Assembly: GCA_965644495.1 (NCBI GenBank)
Contig: CBFFSA010000015.1
Location: forward strand, 249,929 to 313,928
DNA: 64,000 nt
Direction of reading: 5' to 3'
From: Perkinsela sp. CCAP 1560/9
Taxonomy: Eukaryota > Protista > Euglenozoa: Kinetoplastea
A program made the position numbers and the translations under genes. Under the pieces are notes generated by a model that saw only the letters and a program-made list of their open reading frames with translations, made no database searches and was not told the origin of the DNA. Numbering within the stretch: position 1 is the stretch's first letter; each line of letters starts with the position of its first letter. This document shows positions 11,905 through 23,200 of the stretch, piece by piece.

Positions 11905-12340
11905 GGCTCTTCGTTATACACGGTGGTTGTTTTCAACTTAGAAGTCACTCATGCTGCGCTCTTCGCGTTGAAAACTACCACCGCGTATACCGAAGAGCCT
12001 AAAAAAGAAAAATTGACCTGGAAAGCTGAAGAAAACGGAAAGATTATAGACAAGAATATAGCTAAAAAAATAGCCTATTTTCGGGTAAAAATGGGGTGAT
12101 TTGTGCGTATTGAAATGGGGTCAATTTTGGGTATTTTTGCTCTCGGGGCACTAAATCCGACATTTGCGCGTGGGAAATCACTCGTAGGCATGAATGAAGG
12201 CTTTCGGAACGTAATGGGTAGAGAATACGACTCCAACCACACCATTCTTTCGACACAAAAAGGCCCCTTGGGGTCCGAAAAATACCTTTTCACCTTTTTT
12301 GGCCAAAAACGGGTCATTTTGGGAGGCATTGCACGGCCTT
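11905..12340 (+). repeat. Repeat family B (95-bp terminal hairpin plus ~340-bp body), copy 1
   Basis: GGCTCTTCG...CGGTGGTTGTTTTCAAC-loop-GTTGAAAAC.ACCACCG...CGAAGAGCC followed by a conserved body. Other copies: 15856-16298 (inverted), 35129-35566, and a deleted form at 34935-35075. Confidence 0.85.
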
Positions 12341-12486
12341 TCTAAGCCAAAAAAGGGGCGTAATAACCGATCATCCCATATTCGCCAGGGGGGCTCAACC
12401 TGTACAAACGTCCTAACACAGACCTGCTCTGTTCGGCGTAACTTTGTGCTGTTCGCGGCCAGTCGTGTCAAGGCACGATGAAACAT
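12340..12486 (-). pseudogene. Truncated or chimeric gene using the KAP-like presequence
   Basis: Starts MFHRALTRLAANSTKLRR with the same upstream DNA as 13537, then diverges and runs into repeat B. Confidence 0.6.
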
Positions 12487-13036
12487 TTGTTATAGAGATA
12501 AGAAACAGGTTAGATAAATTATTTTGAAGTGAGATATGAAATTTCAGAGAAATAGTACGACAGCATTGTACACCACATTGTTGCATTCTTTGAGTTTCAA
12601 ATCAAGTTTGACTTGCTTAGCGTAAAAGTAACAAATAAAATTCAACTCTACCAAACGCAATGATGAAAAAAGTAATAACTATATAAAGCAATGAAGATAA
12701 AGAAATTAGTCTAAGCGTTGGGCCTCTTTCTGTATGGTAGTGTACGAATACCAGAACTATTATCACTAAAAAGTAGACATTGTTGCTCGAACATGTGAGA
12801 CTGGACAATTCTTAGAGTCTTTGTTTGAGTACAGTATAAGTATCTTTTGCTTTGAGTGAACATAAAACGAATCTATGTGGTGTTACATACGATTTCATTA
12901 AGTGCATTGTATTTTCCTGTGATTAATTCATGACAAACATTTCAATCATCCATGTACATCTAAAAGGTTGCTGCTGTACGTTTCTCTGTAAACAAGATAA
13001 AATTTTATTTTACGATAAAGATTATTACTTGGAAAT

Positions 13037-13537
13037 CTACTTTTGCTTACGTACTAACTTTTCAATGAACGCTTTGCCTTGTTTGCGACGCTTCGCTGCT
13101 TCCAACTCTAAAGACTTTTTGGCGCTTGATGACAGGTTCTTATATTTTGCAGAAACCTGCTTTGATACTGCACGAAATAGCTTCTTTCGATTCTTGAAAT
13201 TTGGGCGTTCTGCTGCGTAAATTACTCCCATATGCTTCTTCACAAACAAACCGTAGGATGTGGTGCGTGCATTTTTCACCTTCAATTTCAAAGACTTCTT
13301 CTCTTTTGCATTCTTGGCAGCAATCTTTCCGAATGATTTTACCTGAGCCCGACTTAACTTCTTGAACGCAGCATGCGCAGCCTTCAGCTTAGTTCCCTTC
13401 TTTCCTTTAAGGAACTTCGACATAAAGACACTCCTGGGAGTAGCAGGCAAGGAGCGTGTACCCCATGGTTTCTTGACGAGTTTTCGGCGTAACTTTGCGC
13501 TGTTCGCGGCCAATCGTGTCAAAGCACGGTGAAACAT
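13037..13537 (-). CDS. Kinetoplast-associated, Lys-rich, HMG-box-like DNA-binding protein (KAP-like)
   Basis: Mitochondrial-type presequence MFHRALTRL and two HMG-like segments (PATPRSVFM...FKKLS; TSYGLFVK...YKNLSSSAK). Confidence 0.7.
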   Translation of the reverse strand: MFHRALTRLAANSAKLRRKLVKKPWGTRSLPATPRSVFMSKFLKGKKGTKLKAAHAAFKKLSRAQVKSFGKIAAKNAKEKKSLKLKVKNARTTSYGLFVKKHMGVIYAAERPNFKNRKKLFRAVSKQVSAKYKNLSSSAKKSLELEAAKRRKQGKAFIEKLVRKQK

Positions 13538-14437
13538 TTGTTATAGAGATAAGAAACAGGTTAGATAAATTATTTTGAAGTGAGATATGAAATTTCAGAG
13601 AAATATCATATCACATCGTACTTGCTTAGCGTAAAAGTAACAAAAAAAATTCAACTCTACCAAACGCAATGATGAGAAAAGTGATAACTATGTAAAGCAA
13701 TGAGGATAGAGAAATTAGTCTAAGCGTTGGGCCTCTTTCTGTATGGCAGCGTACTAATACCAGAACTATTATCACTAAAAAGTAGACAATGTTGCTCGAA
13801 CATGTGAGACTGGACAATTCTTAGAGTCTTTGTTTGAGTATAGTATAAGTATAAAACAGTTCGGTGAAAGGGGACTTTTTTCCCCCGAAAAAAACTTGAA
13901 ATTTTTTCATTGTGGTTTCTCAAACAAAATTTCAGTATTATCCAAGTGAGTGATTAAGCATCATATTTTTTGCTACTTACACGACTCCGCTCTATCTTTT
14001 TTCTTTGCACAGGCTGTAAAATGTATGACAGTATCATTTTTTGTAGTTGGGAACCTTGGATGACGTGATGACAGAAGCCTGTACCGTACGATGTGAATTG
14101 AGGAGTTCTTGTAATCCGCTGTTTAAGGAATTTGAAATTATTGTCCAGGCTCAGAACCAGAACCAAGATAGAGCTCATAAGTTTTCTTGTTTGGTGTATT
14201 TTATTAAGGGAAGTACATGTACGAAGTTAAAAGAGTTTTTTTTGGGGGAAAAAAGTCCCTTTTGACCAACAATTCTATATGATGTTGCATACAATTTCAT
14301 TAAGTGCATTGTATTTTCCTTTGACGAATTCATGACAAACATTTCAATCATCCAGGCACATCTAAAAGGTTGCTGCTGTATTTTTGCATGTAAAAAAAGT
14401 TAACGTTCATGTAATAAAAAATTGGTCATTCAGAAGT

Positions 14438-14941
14438 CTACTTTTTTTTACGCATTAACTGTTCAATGAACGCTTTGCCTTGTTTGCGACGCTTCGCTGC
14501 TTCCAACTCTAAAGACTTTTTGGCTCTTGATGACAGGTTCTTATATTTTCTCAAAACCTGTTTTAATACTGCACGAAATAGCTTCTTTCGACTCTTGAAG
14601 TTTGGGCGTTCTGCTGCGTAAATAACTGCCATATGCTTCTTCACAAACAAAGCGTACGGTGTACTGCGTGCATTTTTCACCTTCACTTTCAAAGACTTCT
14701 TCTCTTTTGCATTCTTTGCAGCAATCTTTCCGAATGATTTTACCCGAGCCGGGCTCATCTTTTCAAATGCAGAATGCGCAGCCTTCAGCTTAGGAGTTCC
14801 CTTCTTTCCTTTAAGGAACTTCGACATAAAGACACTCCTGGGAGTAGCAGGCAAGGTGCGTGTACCCCATGGTTTCTTGACGAGTTTTCTGCGTAACTTT
14901 GCGCTGTTCGCGGCCAGTCGCGTCAAAGCACGGTGAAACAT
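14438..14941 (-). CDS. KAP-like protein, paralogue of 13037-13537
   Basis: Highly similar translation and shared downstream flank. Confidence 0.7.
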   Translation of the reverse strand: MFHRALTRLAANSAKLRRKLVKKPWGTRTLPATPRSVFMSKFLKGKKGTPKLKAAHSAFEKMSPARVKSFGKIAAKNAKEKKSLKVKVKNARSTPYALFVKKHMAVIYAAERPNFKSRKKLFRAVLKQVLRKYKNLSSRAKKSLELEAAKRRKQGKAFIEQLMRKKK

Positions 14942-15569
14942 GTTTGTTTTAGTAAAAGAAGAAAGTGGAAACAGCTTACAGAAGGTGGATTAGATACACT
15001 ATTTGAAAAAAATCGTGTAACTATAGAGAGGGGTGAAACCTGCAGAAACGTGAGTTGGGCAGGAAAAAATACTTACAAGTAGTCAAATTTGAGATTTAGG
15101 TTAAAAGGACCCAGACGTGCGCATTTTTCACATTTTTTTAAACTTCACCATTTTATAAAACATTTCACTCTAAACTAACTTGTACACGTCTACAGTACAT
15201 TTGCACGTCCAGCAAGAGTCTACGTAGAGGATATAAACGCCTGGCCAAAATAAGGCACCCCCCTCCAAAGTTTCAATACTTCGCTTGTTTGAGCTAATTT
15301 TTGTAGCATTTTATAGATCTCAATACAAAGATTTTGCGCGTTAAGAAACGGAACAAAAAATCCAAAGTGCATACATTTGAAAGTCTGATTACTACATTTT
15401 CACCCTGTTAAAATTTTCAAAAAAAATTACTCCTTTTTAACGAAAAAGTCTTCCCCCCTCTGAGAAATTCAACTTTTTTCATGTTTTTTTGCTCATTTTT
15501 GTTGCAAACGAGAGATCTCGTTTCCCTCACGAAGATGATTGCTGCCCTTTTTTCACGAGCGCAGACTAG

Positions 15570-15784
15570 ACAATCCTGATAGCTACTACATCGCATTCGA
15601 AATTGGAGCACGAGGACTCCCTAACAGCTCCTGTCGCTACCTCGACGCGATATTCCAAGGGGATCGAAAACGAGCAAAACCATGCAGGGAAAGCATGAGT
15701 TTGATGGCCGGTCGGGCCAGCTATATTATCTGGTCTCGAAGGAATGAGATCGAGTGGACTGATGAAAACCGCTCTGCTTGCTAA
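15570..15784 (+). mobile_element. 3' tail of an RLE non-LTR retrotransposon (HERO/NeSL/R4-like)
   Basis: FEIGARG...S...L...SMSLMAGRASYIIWSRR matches the EVGxRG...AxxASxxIWxRR C-terminal pattern of these clades. Confidence 0.6.
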
Positions 15785-15855
15785 AACAAAAGGTTGCTCG
15801 TTGTATGCGGGTCATACACCTTTATATCTCTACATTATGTATGAAAAAAACAAAC

Positions 15856-16298
15856 TTCGCAAGATATCCCTTCTTGGAGCCGTAGTGCGACCCTCAAAAT
15901 GACCCATTTTTGACTAAAAAAGGTGAAAAAGTACAGTATGATGTGAAAAAGTACTGTATTTTTCAGATCCCTATGGGCCTTTTTATGTCGAAAGAATGGT
16001 GTGGTTGGAGTCGCATTCTATACCCATTACGTTCAGTAGGCTTTACTTCACGCGTACTAGTGATTTCCCACACGCAAATATCGGATTTAGTGCTCTGAGA
16101 GCAAAAATACGCAAAAATGATCCCATTTTTACCTGAAAATCGGCTATTTTTGGCTATAGTCTTTCCGTTTTCTTCAGCTTTCCAAGCCAAATTTTCTTTT
16201 TTGGGCTCTTCGCTGAACGCGGTGGTTGTTTTCAACGCGAAGCACGCAGCATAAGTGACTTCTAAGTTGAAAACAAACACCGCGTTTAACGAAGAGCC
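15856..16298 (-). repeat. Repeat family B, inverted copy
   Basis: Reverse complement of 11905-12340 and 35129-35545. Confidence 0.85.
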
Positions 16299-16568
16299 TA
16301 AAAAAGAATTATTGTTAACATTGAGGGAGATACGGAGTATCTAACTCGCTTACTAAGGTTAATTCCAAAAACTGAAAAAGATCGCCAAAAAAACATAAGA
16401 TCGAGGTTTTTCAAAATTCCAAAACGTAGCAGTAGGTCATTAGATGAACTCTTAAATACTCTAAAAATCATCTAAAACAACCTTATTTCCCAAATTTTAG
16501 AACATTTTTCGTAAAAAAAAGTGCTTGTGCAAAGGTCTGCGATACGACAAACTGGTTGACTAAGGAGC

Positions 16569-16645
16569 GTCCTTTGAGTAGTCCAGTTGGTAAAGGGGTT
16601 CCATTTTGACGCTGGACGTCCGCGGTTCGATTCCCGACATCGACA
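16569..16645 (+). pseudogene. Degenerate tRNA-like sequence (pseudo-tRNA or SINE head)
   Basis: A box TAGTCCAGTTGGT and B box GGTTCGATTCC at tRNA spacing; stems are broken. Confidence 0.5.
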
Positions 16646-16809
16646 TTTTACTAAAACAATCAAAAAAAAATTATTTGCTCAAAATCGCAAAAAAAAACAA
16701 ATTGGGAATAATTTTTTTTTCAGATTTTTTTTCTCGAAAACGTGGCCAGTTGGCCACCAAAAGCACGGTTTGCATTTTGTATATGTATAGAGAGAAAAAT
16801 AATGAGCAG

Positions 16810-17495
16810 GTCCGAGTGGTAGTGTGCAGCTACAGTGCCCGTGAGAGAGTAAGTGTACTGCCACGTGAGGCAGTGGTTGCACAGTGATGCAGTGCAAGTA
16901 CAGTGGAACGTGCGAGAGTAAGTGCACTGCCACTGTAAGTACAGTGGTACGTGAAAGAGTAAGTGCCACGTGCCGAGGAGGCGACACCCCGCCTGTGGGG
17001 TTTATACCTGTAACATCATCATCATCAAGTGCCACGTGCATACGTGTACACGTGGCACTTACTCTTTCGTGGCAGTGGTGTACTGCCACGCGGGGCAGTG
17101 ACTGCAGTGATGCAGTGCAGCTGCATCACGTACGTGAAAGAGTAAGTCTACTGCCACGTGAGGCAGTGAACGCAGTGTAGATGCAGTGGCGCGTGAGAGA
17201 GTCAGTGGCTGCAGTGTAGCTGCAGTGGCACGTGAGAGAGTAAGTGTACTGCCACGTGAGGCAGTGACTGTATTGATGCAGTGTGTAGCTAGAGTGGAGC
17301 GCGGGTGCAGGTGGACTGCACATGAAACACCCACATGAGAGACCGTGCGCCACCAGTGGCTGCACTGGTGTTCCTTTTGGAGAGTGTTGTTACAGATCGC
17401 CATGTTGTGGAAGGGTGGTCAGCTGGCCATCTCGTGGAAGAGTGGCCGACTGGCCATGTTGTGGAAGAGTGGCCAGCTGGCCATGTTGTGAAGAA
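16810..17495. repeat. CACGTG/CAGTG-rich palindromic minisatellite plus 27-bp tandem repeats
   Basis: GTGAGAGAGTAAGTGTACTGCCACGTGAGGCAGTG-like units in both orientations, and about 3 copies of GCCATGTTGTGGAAGAGTGGCCAGCTG at 17400-17490. Confidence 0.75.
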
Positions 17496-17536
17496 ATCAA
17501 CCGGGTCTGCACCGCCTCGAAGGGCCCGCCGTATAA

Positions 17537-17738
17537 CCCAGATTGAAAGGGGCGATGGAGATACGAAGCAACAGTCGTGGCAGATTCCCACTGAAAAAAA
17601 ATGGTATCTCCCCGCACGAGAAACGCCTTAGCGCTTGCTGGCTCGGAGACAAACTTGGTGCGGGGAGATACCATTTCTTTTCAGTGGGAATCTGCCACGC
17701 CTGTTGCTTCGTATCTCCCTCGCCCCTTTCAATCTGGG
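17537..17738. repeat. Fold-back element, CCCAG/GGGAGATAC class, instance 1
   Basis: Near-perfect palindrome with ~80-bp arms and four GGGAGATAC/GTATCTCCC motifs. Confidence 0.85.
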
Positions 17739-17940
17739 TTCGATTATTGTTAGCAAAAAATGGAAATTAATGAAGGGGGGAGTATAATTTAAACGCATAT
17801 TAAGAAAAAATAGTCTCCCGATGTGCTGTAAATAGGGGGAACGTGAAGATCTCAAAATTTTGAACTTTAAAGCGGCGACGGTAAGGCTAAGAGTAACGCA
17901 CGAATTCTTTTCCTCAATCCATAGGCACCAACCATCTTTC

Positions 17941-19755
17941 TCATTCCATATCTGCAAACAAATCGTACATATCACTCTGGTACACACCCGGAGAAAAGTC
18001 ACCCCCTATACCGAACGACCCGCCGCATGATCCCCCCACAAACTGACAATAAATTTGCAGTAACGAATCCAGCACCTTGGATCGTATCTGGTCCCGTGCC
18101 TCACGGTACCGCTGCAGGTGATCCTCCGGACTTTCCATCGGCTGTCGTTTCAACAACTCCGGGATACCCCCATACACCTCCCGCATCACTCTCTTCGCGG
18201 AGGTCTCCGTACCCCTTCCAGTGCCAACATTAAATACCGCAAACGCCTCGTTCTGTTCCTGACGAAGCGTTAAATCCTCCACCTCGGAAGCTACCAGGGG
18301 GGAGAACACGGCAGGCGGGGTCGCGAGCACCGAAGGGGGACTCCAGACTTTACCCCTCCCCCCCCCTCCTTCTCTCTCCCCTACACTCCGTGGGGTCGTA
18401 CTCGACCCGGAGTGCAGCACGTCACGTATCCCGTGGGCGGGGCCGGGGCGGGCGGCCAGGGTTGCGTGGGTCCGGGACCCCGGAGTCAACCCACTGGCAG
18501 GTTGACGTGTTTTACTACGTTTGTTACGTACCGCTGAGTTGTAGAAGTTGTTGTTGGAGTTGTAGGCTCCGGTGTCACTGGAGGTTTCCGTAACCGTGTG
18601 ACCCCGGGGGAGGGGGAGCTCATCGTTTTCCGATGACTGTGGGGAGACACTGGGGTAGGGTACACCCCAGGGAGAGCTGTAGCACGGGTCACTACGGGTT
18701 CTCCAGAACGTGCTCTGGGTGTTCACCGTGAGTCCGGTACGGGTGCGGTTGAGATACTCAAAGTGTTTCAAGGCACCGTTCTGGCCGTAGCAGTGTAGTG
18801 GACGCCAGGGGAGAAAATTCTTCACGCTGGCATAGGACAGCCACATGGGTTCCCCGTTGTAGTCGTCCTGGAAGGTACGTCGGTTCAGTGCCTCCGGGAG
18901 CTTGAGTTTTTCTTTGACTTGTTTGCGCACCAGTCGTGGGGTAACGGGGAGGGTGCGCTCGCGGTAGCTTCGGTGGCGGGCCGGGATGTGCGCCCAGGCG
19001 GCACAATAGTAGAGCTTCGGAGTGGGCATAGCCCAGTGTGCGGCAAGAGACCTTGACAACCAGTCCGCGTCCGATGCAAGGGAGGTGTAATCTAGCGACG
19101 AAGGTGATGACAGGGGAGGGTGATAAAGGGCTGGAGTTTTTTCGATGCTGGAGATGTCGCGTGGGGAGGATGGAAGGAACGCGGATAGGGGTGTTTCAGA
19201 GAGAGGTGAGCAAGCCAACATTTTAGAGGTACACGCAGGACTGTCTGTACGTACGCTCTTTAAAGTTAAAGAGTTGTTGTGGAACGAAAATATTTTCCGT
19301 GGTGCGCGGAGCATTTCAACTTTTTGTGCGAAACTTTCGCTATTCGAACAATCAGTAGAGTAAGGCGCCGATTCAGAAATATTTTCAGAGGAGTATTCTT
19401 CAAAGCTGATAACGTAGTCAAAACGCTGACCGTTTTGAAAGAGGGTGCGGTTACTCTTGCTCATAAGAGAGGAATGTATGCCAACCTCTTCTAAGACAGT
19501 ACGGGTGTTTGACTGCGGCCCGATTGTGTGGTGAATTCCGGCACTTGCAACCCAAAGTGGGGAGCTCGCTAGCAGTTTCTTGTCGATCTGATTGGAAACG
19601 TACGCTTCTTTCTGTAGAAGAAGACTGTCTGCATTGTGATCCACGTTTTTTGCAAAGGATGGATCTGAGAATCTTTCCCAATAGTGACGAATAAATGCCT
19701 CCGTAATTAGTGTTCTGGCCGTGTTTGTTCGACCCAGTACTGCGACAGCTATCAT
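17941..19755 (-). CDS. Protein with a split LMW-PTP/ArsC-like fold and a long insertion
   Basis: N-terminal VAVLGRTNTARTLITEA...VASAG...VLEEVGI...FDYVISF and C-terminal P...E...YREARDQIRSKV. Confidence 0.55.
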   Translation of the reverse strand: MIAVAVLGRTNTARTLITEAFIRHYWERFSDPSFAKNVDHNADSLLLQKEAYVSNQIDKKLLASSPLWVASAGIHHTIGPQSNTRTVLEEVGIHSSLMSKSNRTLFQNGQRFDYVISFEEYSSENISESAPYSTDCSNSESFAQKVEMLRAPRKIFSFHNNSLTLKSVRTDSPACTSKMLACSPLSETPLSAFLPSSPRDISSIEKTPALYHPPLSSPSSLDYTSLASDADWLSRSLAAHWAMPTPKLYYCAAWAHIPARHRSYRERTLPVTPRLVRKQVKEKLKLPEALNRRTFQDDYNGEPMWLSYASVKNFLPWRPLHCYGQNGALKHFEYLNRTRTGLTVNTQSTFWRTRSDPCYSSPWGVPYPSVSPQSSENDELPLPRGHTVTETSSDTGAYNSNNNFYNSAVRNKRSKTRQPASGLTPGSRTHATLAARPGPAHGIRDVLHSGSSTTPRSVGEREGGGGRGKVWSPPSVLATPPAVFSPLVASEVEDLTLRQEQNEAFAVFNVGTGRGTETSAKRVMREVYGGIPELLKRQPMESPEDHLQRYREARDQIRSKVLDSLLQIYCQFVGGSCGGSFGIGGDFSPGVYQSDMYDLFADME

Positions 19756-20202
19756 CAATCTACAAAATTAAGAACAGAAATATAAGCCCGACGTTACTTG
19801 TTAATGTAGCAGCGGGGATATCATAGCGCATGTATCCAAATTTACTTTCTTGGGTTATAAATTACGAGTTGTAATTTAATAATTAAGTACTTTATGTTAC
19901 AATTAAGTACTTTATGTACTTTAATAATTTACAAGTACTCTCTAAATTCGTGTATACGTGGAACATTGTAGCATAGCTACAATAAAAGTACATTCCGTTG
20001 CATTACATTTGTTTAACGATAATGTAATCGTGTTGATAAATAAACATCAGTCTATGAATATACTATTAGAACTATACATTATGCTTTTATATTAAAACTT
20101 CTGAACACCACTGAGATTTTTCGTACCTTATTATTACGTAAAGCGTTTTTTTGCGGTGAAACTCCATGTTCAAATCTTCTTGCCCAGGATACGGTGGTTG
20201 TT

Positions 20203-23200
20203 TTAATAAACTAGAGTTCCTTGTTCCTCGGGAAAGCTATTAATCTTTAGCGAAGTAAGTTTAGCCCGTAGCATAACGAACCCATCAATCAGACTAAATA
20301 GCTTGGTATTCTCATGCAATGAAGAATGTTCCGTCGCATCAAAATGCTCTAGAAACGGCCATTCCTCTACTTGAGATTGACTGTTAGTAAGAATTTCAGG
20401 GTAGTCAAACACCAGAACTTTCCCCAGTGTACTTATCACATAAACGAATAGTGAATTCAGAGTATCGAATTCATCTATTGGAATCGTACGAATCAGGTTA
20501 ACTAGCTGTAGACATTGTTCAAGACGCGCCTTAGGAATGTGATTTTCATATTCCTCTTCGGCGGCATACATTTGTCTTAAAATGGAACACCATCGATCGA
20601 TTGGGAGAAGCAGGTGATACATCTCACCAAAATCTGAGCTACTCAAAATAGAAAATCGAGAATTGGACAGTTCATTGACTTCTGCACCAGTCATGGTTGA
20701 AAACTCTTCGAAAGAACCGTCCCCGAAAGGCTCTGAAATAGTTTGTTTTGTGAGTTCATGAAGAGGCAATGTATGATGCTCCTTCAAAAGGAATTCTACC
20801 TTTGATTCGGTAGTTTCCACCGTGAAGTCTAGATCTCCAACAAGCTTCAATAAAAATTCAGTTGCTTCGTCTCGATCAATGTTGTTTTCCGTGTATTCAG
20901 AAGTGATGTTGTTGTGTAAAATATCATTCTCATTCAAGCATTGTACCGCTGAGGATTCGCTGTATATGCCGCTATCCTTCGTCGCCCCACCCAAAAATTG
21001 GGCGAATCGCTCAAGTGCAAATTGCGCAAGGCGAAGCCATAATAATACGGGCAACAGGAAGAGTAGCCTTCCAATTCTTTCATCTTTGGGATTGTTGAAA
21101 GGTGTTTTCGTCAACTCATCCAAGCTCACTACTTGTGGCAATTGCCTCAACACGGACTCGACGTGACACACTAAAAATTCCTTTAGATTATCAAGAACGA
21201 CTTGTGGAGGAGAAGCCACCGCTGATGTAGAAAATTCTTCAATACTGCCGATACGGGTGAACGAAAGACCGTCATCTCCACTTTCTGTCGTCAGTTCAGG
21301 AATAGGTGAGTGTATCTCGTTATTGAAATCTGTGCCAACCATCGATCGATCATCTACCAAGTTCTCTGTGCGCTCAGTACCTACAGGATCCGTGTCGTCT
21401 TCACTGTCAGAAAGCTCTAGCGAGAGTGCGGAACACATTGTCTGTGCCAAGGGATCAAAATCTTCATTTCTGAATTTATGAGTTAAGTTCGTCGATCTTT
21501 CGTGGTTCGAATTCGCTTGATTTTTGTAGCAATGAAACCACTCATGAAGAGGACGAATCAGAGAAAGCAGCTCTGGATCAAGCGGATTATCAGTACTTTG
21601 GTTTCCTAAAGTACTTTTACTTATATTCGTGTTCGTATATGCAGAGGTTAAAGTGTCAAAGCATTGTGTGTTGAATGTAGAAGTTTTGTCCTTCTTACTT
21701 TCTTCGAAATGGCTGTCGCCCCACTGAGTCCCAACCGTAATTGCGGCTTTAGGTAATTGTTCTACATTTTGATTTCGGTCATATATAGTCAACAAATCTT
21801 CCTTTGTGTCTGTCTGAATTGAAACATCTTGACTATTGGTACACACCTGAAGTTGCATAGATGAGGTCTCAAAGCTCTTTTTGCAAAATGATGCCTTTAC
21901 CAGTTCGTATAACGTTTGAGCTGTTAGCGCTGCTTCGGAAGTTGAAAAAGAATCTGGTGGTAACGGGAGACACTGAAAGTTATCATGGTCACAATGATTA
22001 TCTTCGACAAAATTTTGAATTTCACTTTGTTTAGATCTGGAGTCAAGAAGGTCTCGCAATATTTGACTGTATTCATGAAGAATCAGCATATCCAGGAGAG
22101 CAACTTTATCCGCCGTCGAATTAGTGTTCTGTAGGAGTGTACTGTCTTTGTGCTTGGTAATAAGTTCTGTATTTGAAGACGATTGCCTTGACATTGGAAT
22201 AATTTTGGCTGTAGAATGTGTGCTGAGAAACAAATCTAGCTTGTCCTCGATCCGACTAAGGCACTCAACACAACCATCTTGCATGAGCGATATATCGCTA
22301 ACTGGTTTCACAGTGGATAAAGCTCCTTCATGATTCACAGATGCTGTGAAAGATTCATCAACGTCTATTACGCTCCTAGATACCGAAGTTTCATCACAAG
22401 ACCTTGTTTCAACTGTAGTCGATTCTATTTTAACAGGTGAATGACTTTTATCTTCAGTTTCCTTCGCACTATTTAGATCCAATTTGTGCATCAAAAGAAA
22501 CGTCTGAACGTTTTCACCATGTAAAAACGAATCAGTTACCTCGGAATTAGTCGTGCTATTCATCTCAACGATTTCATTCTCGCTTGCAAACAAAAGTTTA
22601 GAAAATTTAGAAGAATTTTGAGCTTCAATAACGGACGAATCAGGAAGAGGAATGAGTTGGATTGATTCAAAACTTGGTGGAGGAGGAATCAAGGCTCGAA
22701 GTGAAGATGACGCACTATGCCTTTGTTCAGCAACCTTTAAAGATGGTTGCACTACGCAAGCAAATGTCGTAGAATCTTGTTTTACTGAAGCGTGTGATGA
22801 CATACTATCAAGACCTGACAATGCCGTGGCTTCCTTGGAATGCTTTTCATTGACCGGTGCTGGATTAGGAGAATGGTCGGTAGAGTTGGTAGTTTTAGAG
22901 TCTTCATGTTCTTTCAAGGACGATGCACACTGCTCTTGCTGTGGTTTTTCGTGGTAAATATGATCTTTCAGAAAACTATGGCTGTCTACAGCTTCACCCG
23001 GAAGCGACATGATTTGAAAACGTGTCAAGTGCGCCGATGCTTGGCTTAGTCCAACGAGATGTAATGCGCAGTCCCCCACGGAGAGAACATCACGATATGG
23101 CTTCACAGTGGCAACTACTGTAGCATCAAATATTTCAGGACTATTCGTTACAAAAATAACGCATGAACCATTTGGGCACATCTGTCCGCTAGATAGTATT

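Noticed and set aside
7903-12345. Short ORFs in the repeat-rich blocks (also 15.9-17.8 kb and 35-38.6 kb)
   Set aside because: They lie in TIRs or palindromes, are homopolymer-driven, and their frames are not conserved between repeat copies.
16569-16645. Functional tRNA genes at 16569, 24830, 24955 and 37690
   Set aside because: A/B boxes are present but the acceptor, D and anticodon stems do not pair, and no anticodon can be assigned.
17537-17738. Motif-spacer pattern (9-bp motifs around 34-39 nt spacers) as a CRISPR array
   Set aside because: The repeats are inverted, only 9 bp, with mirrored spacers; there are no cas genes and the context is eukaryotic.
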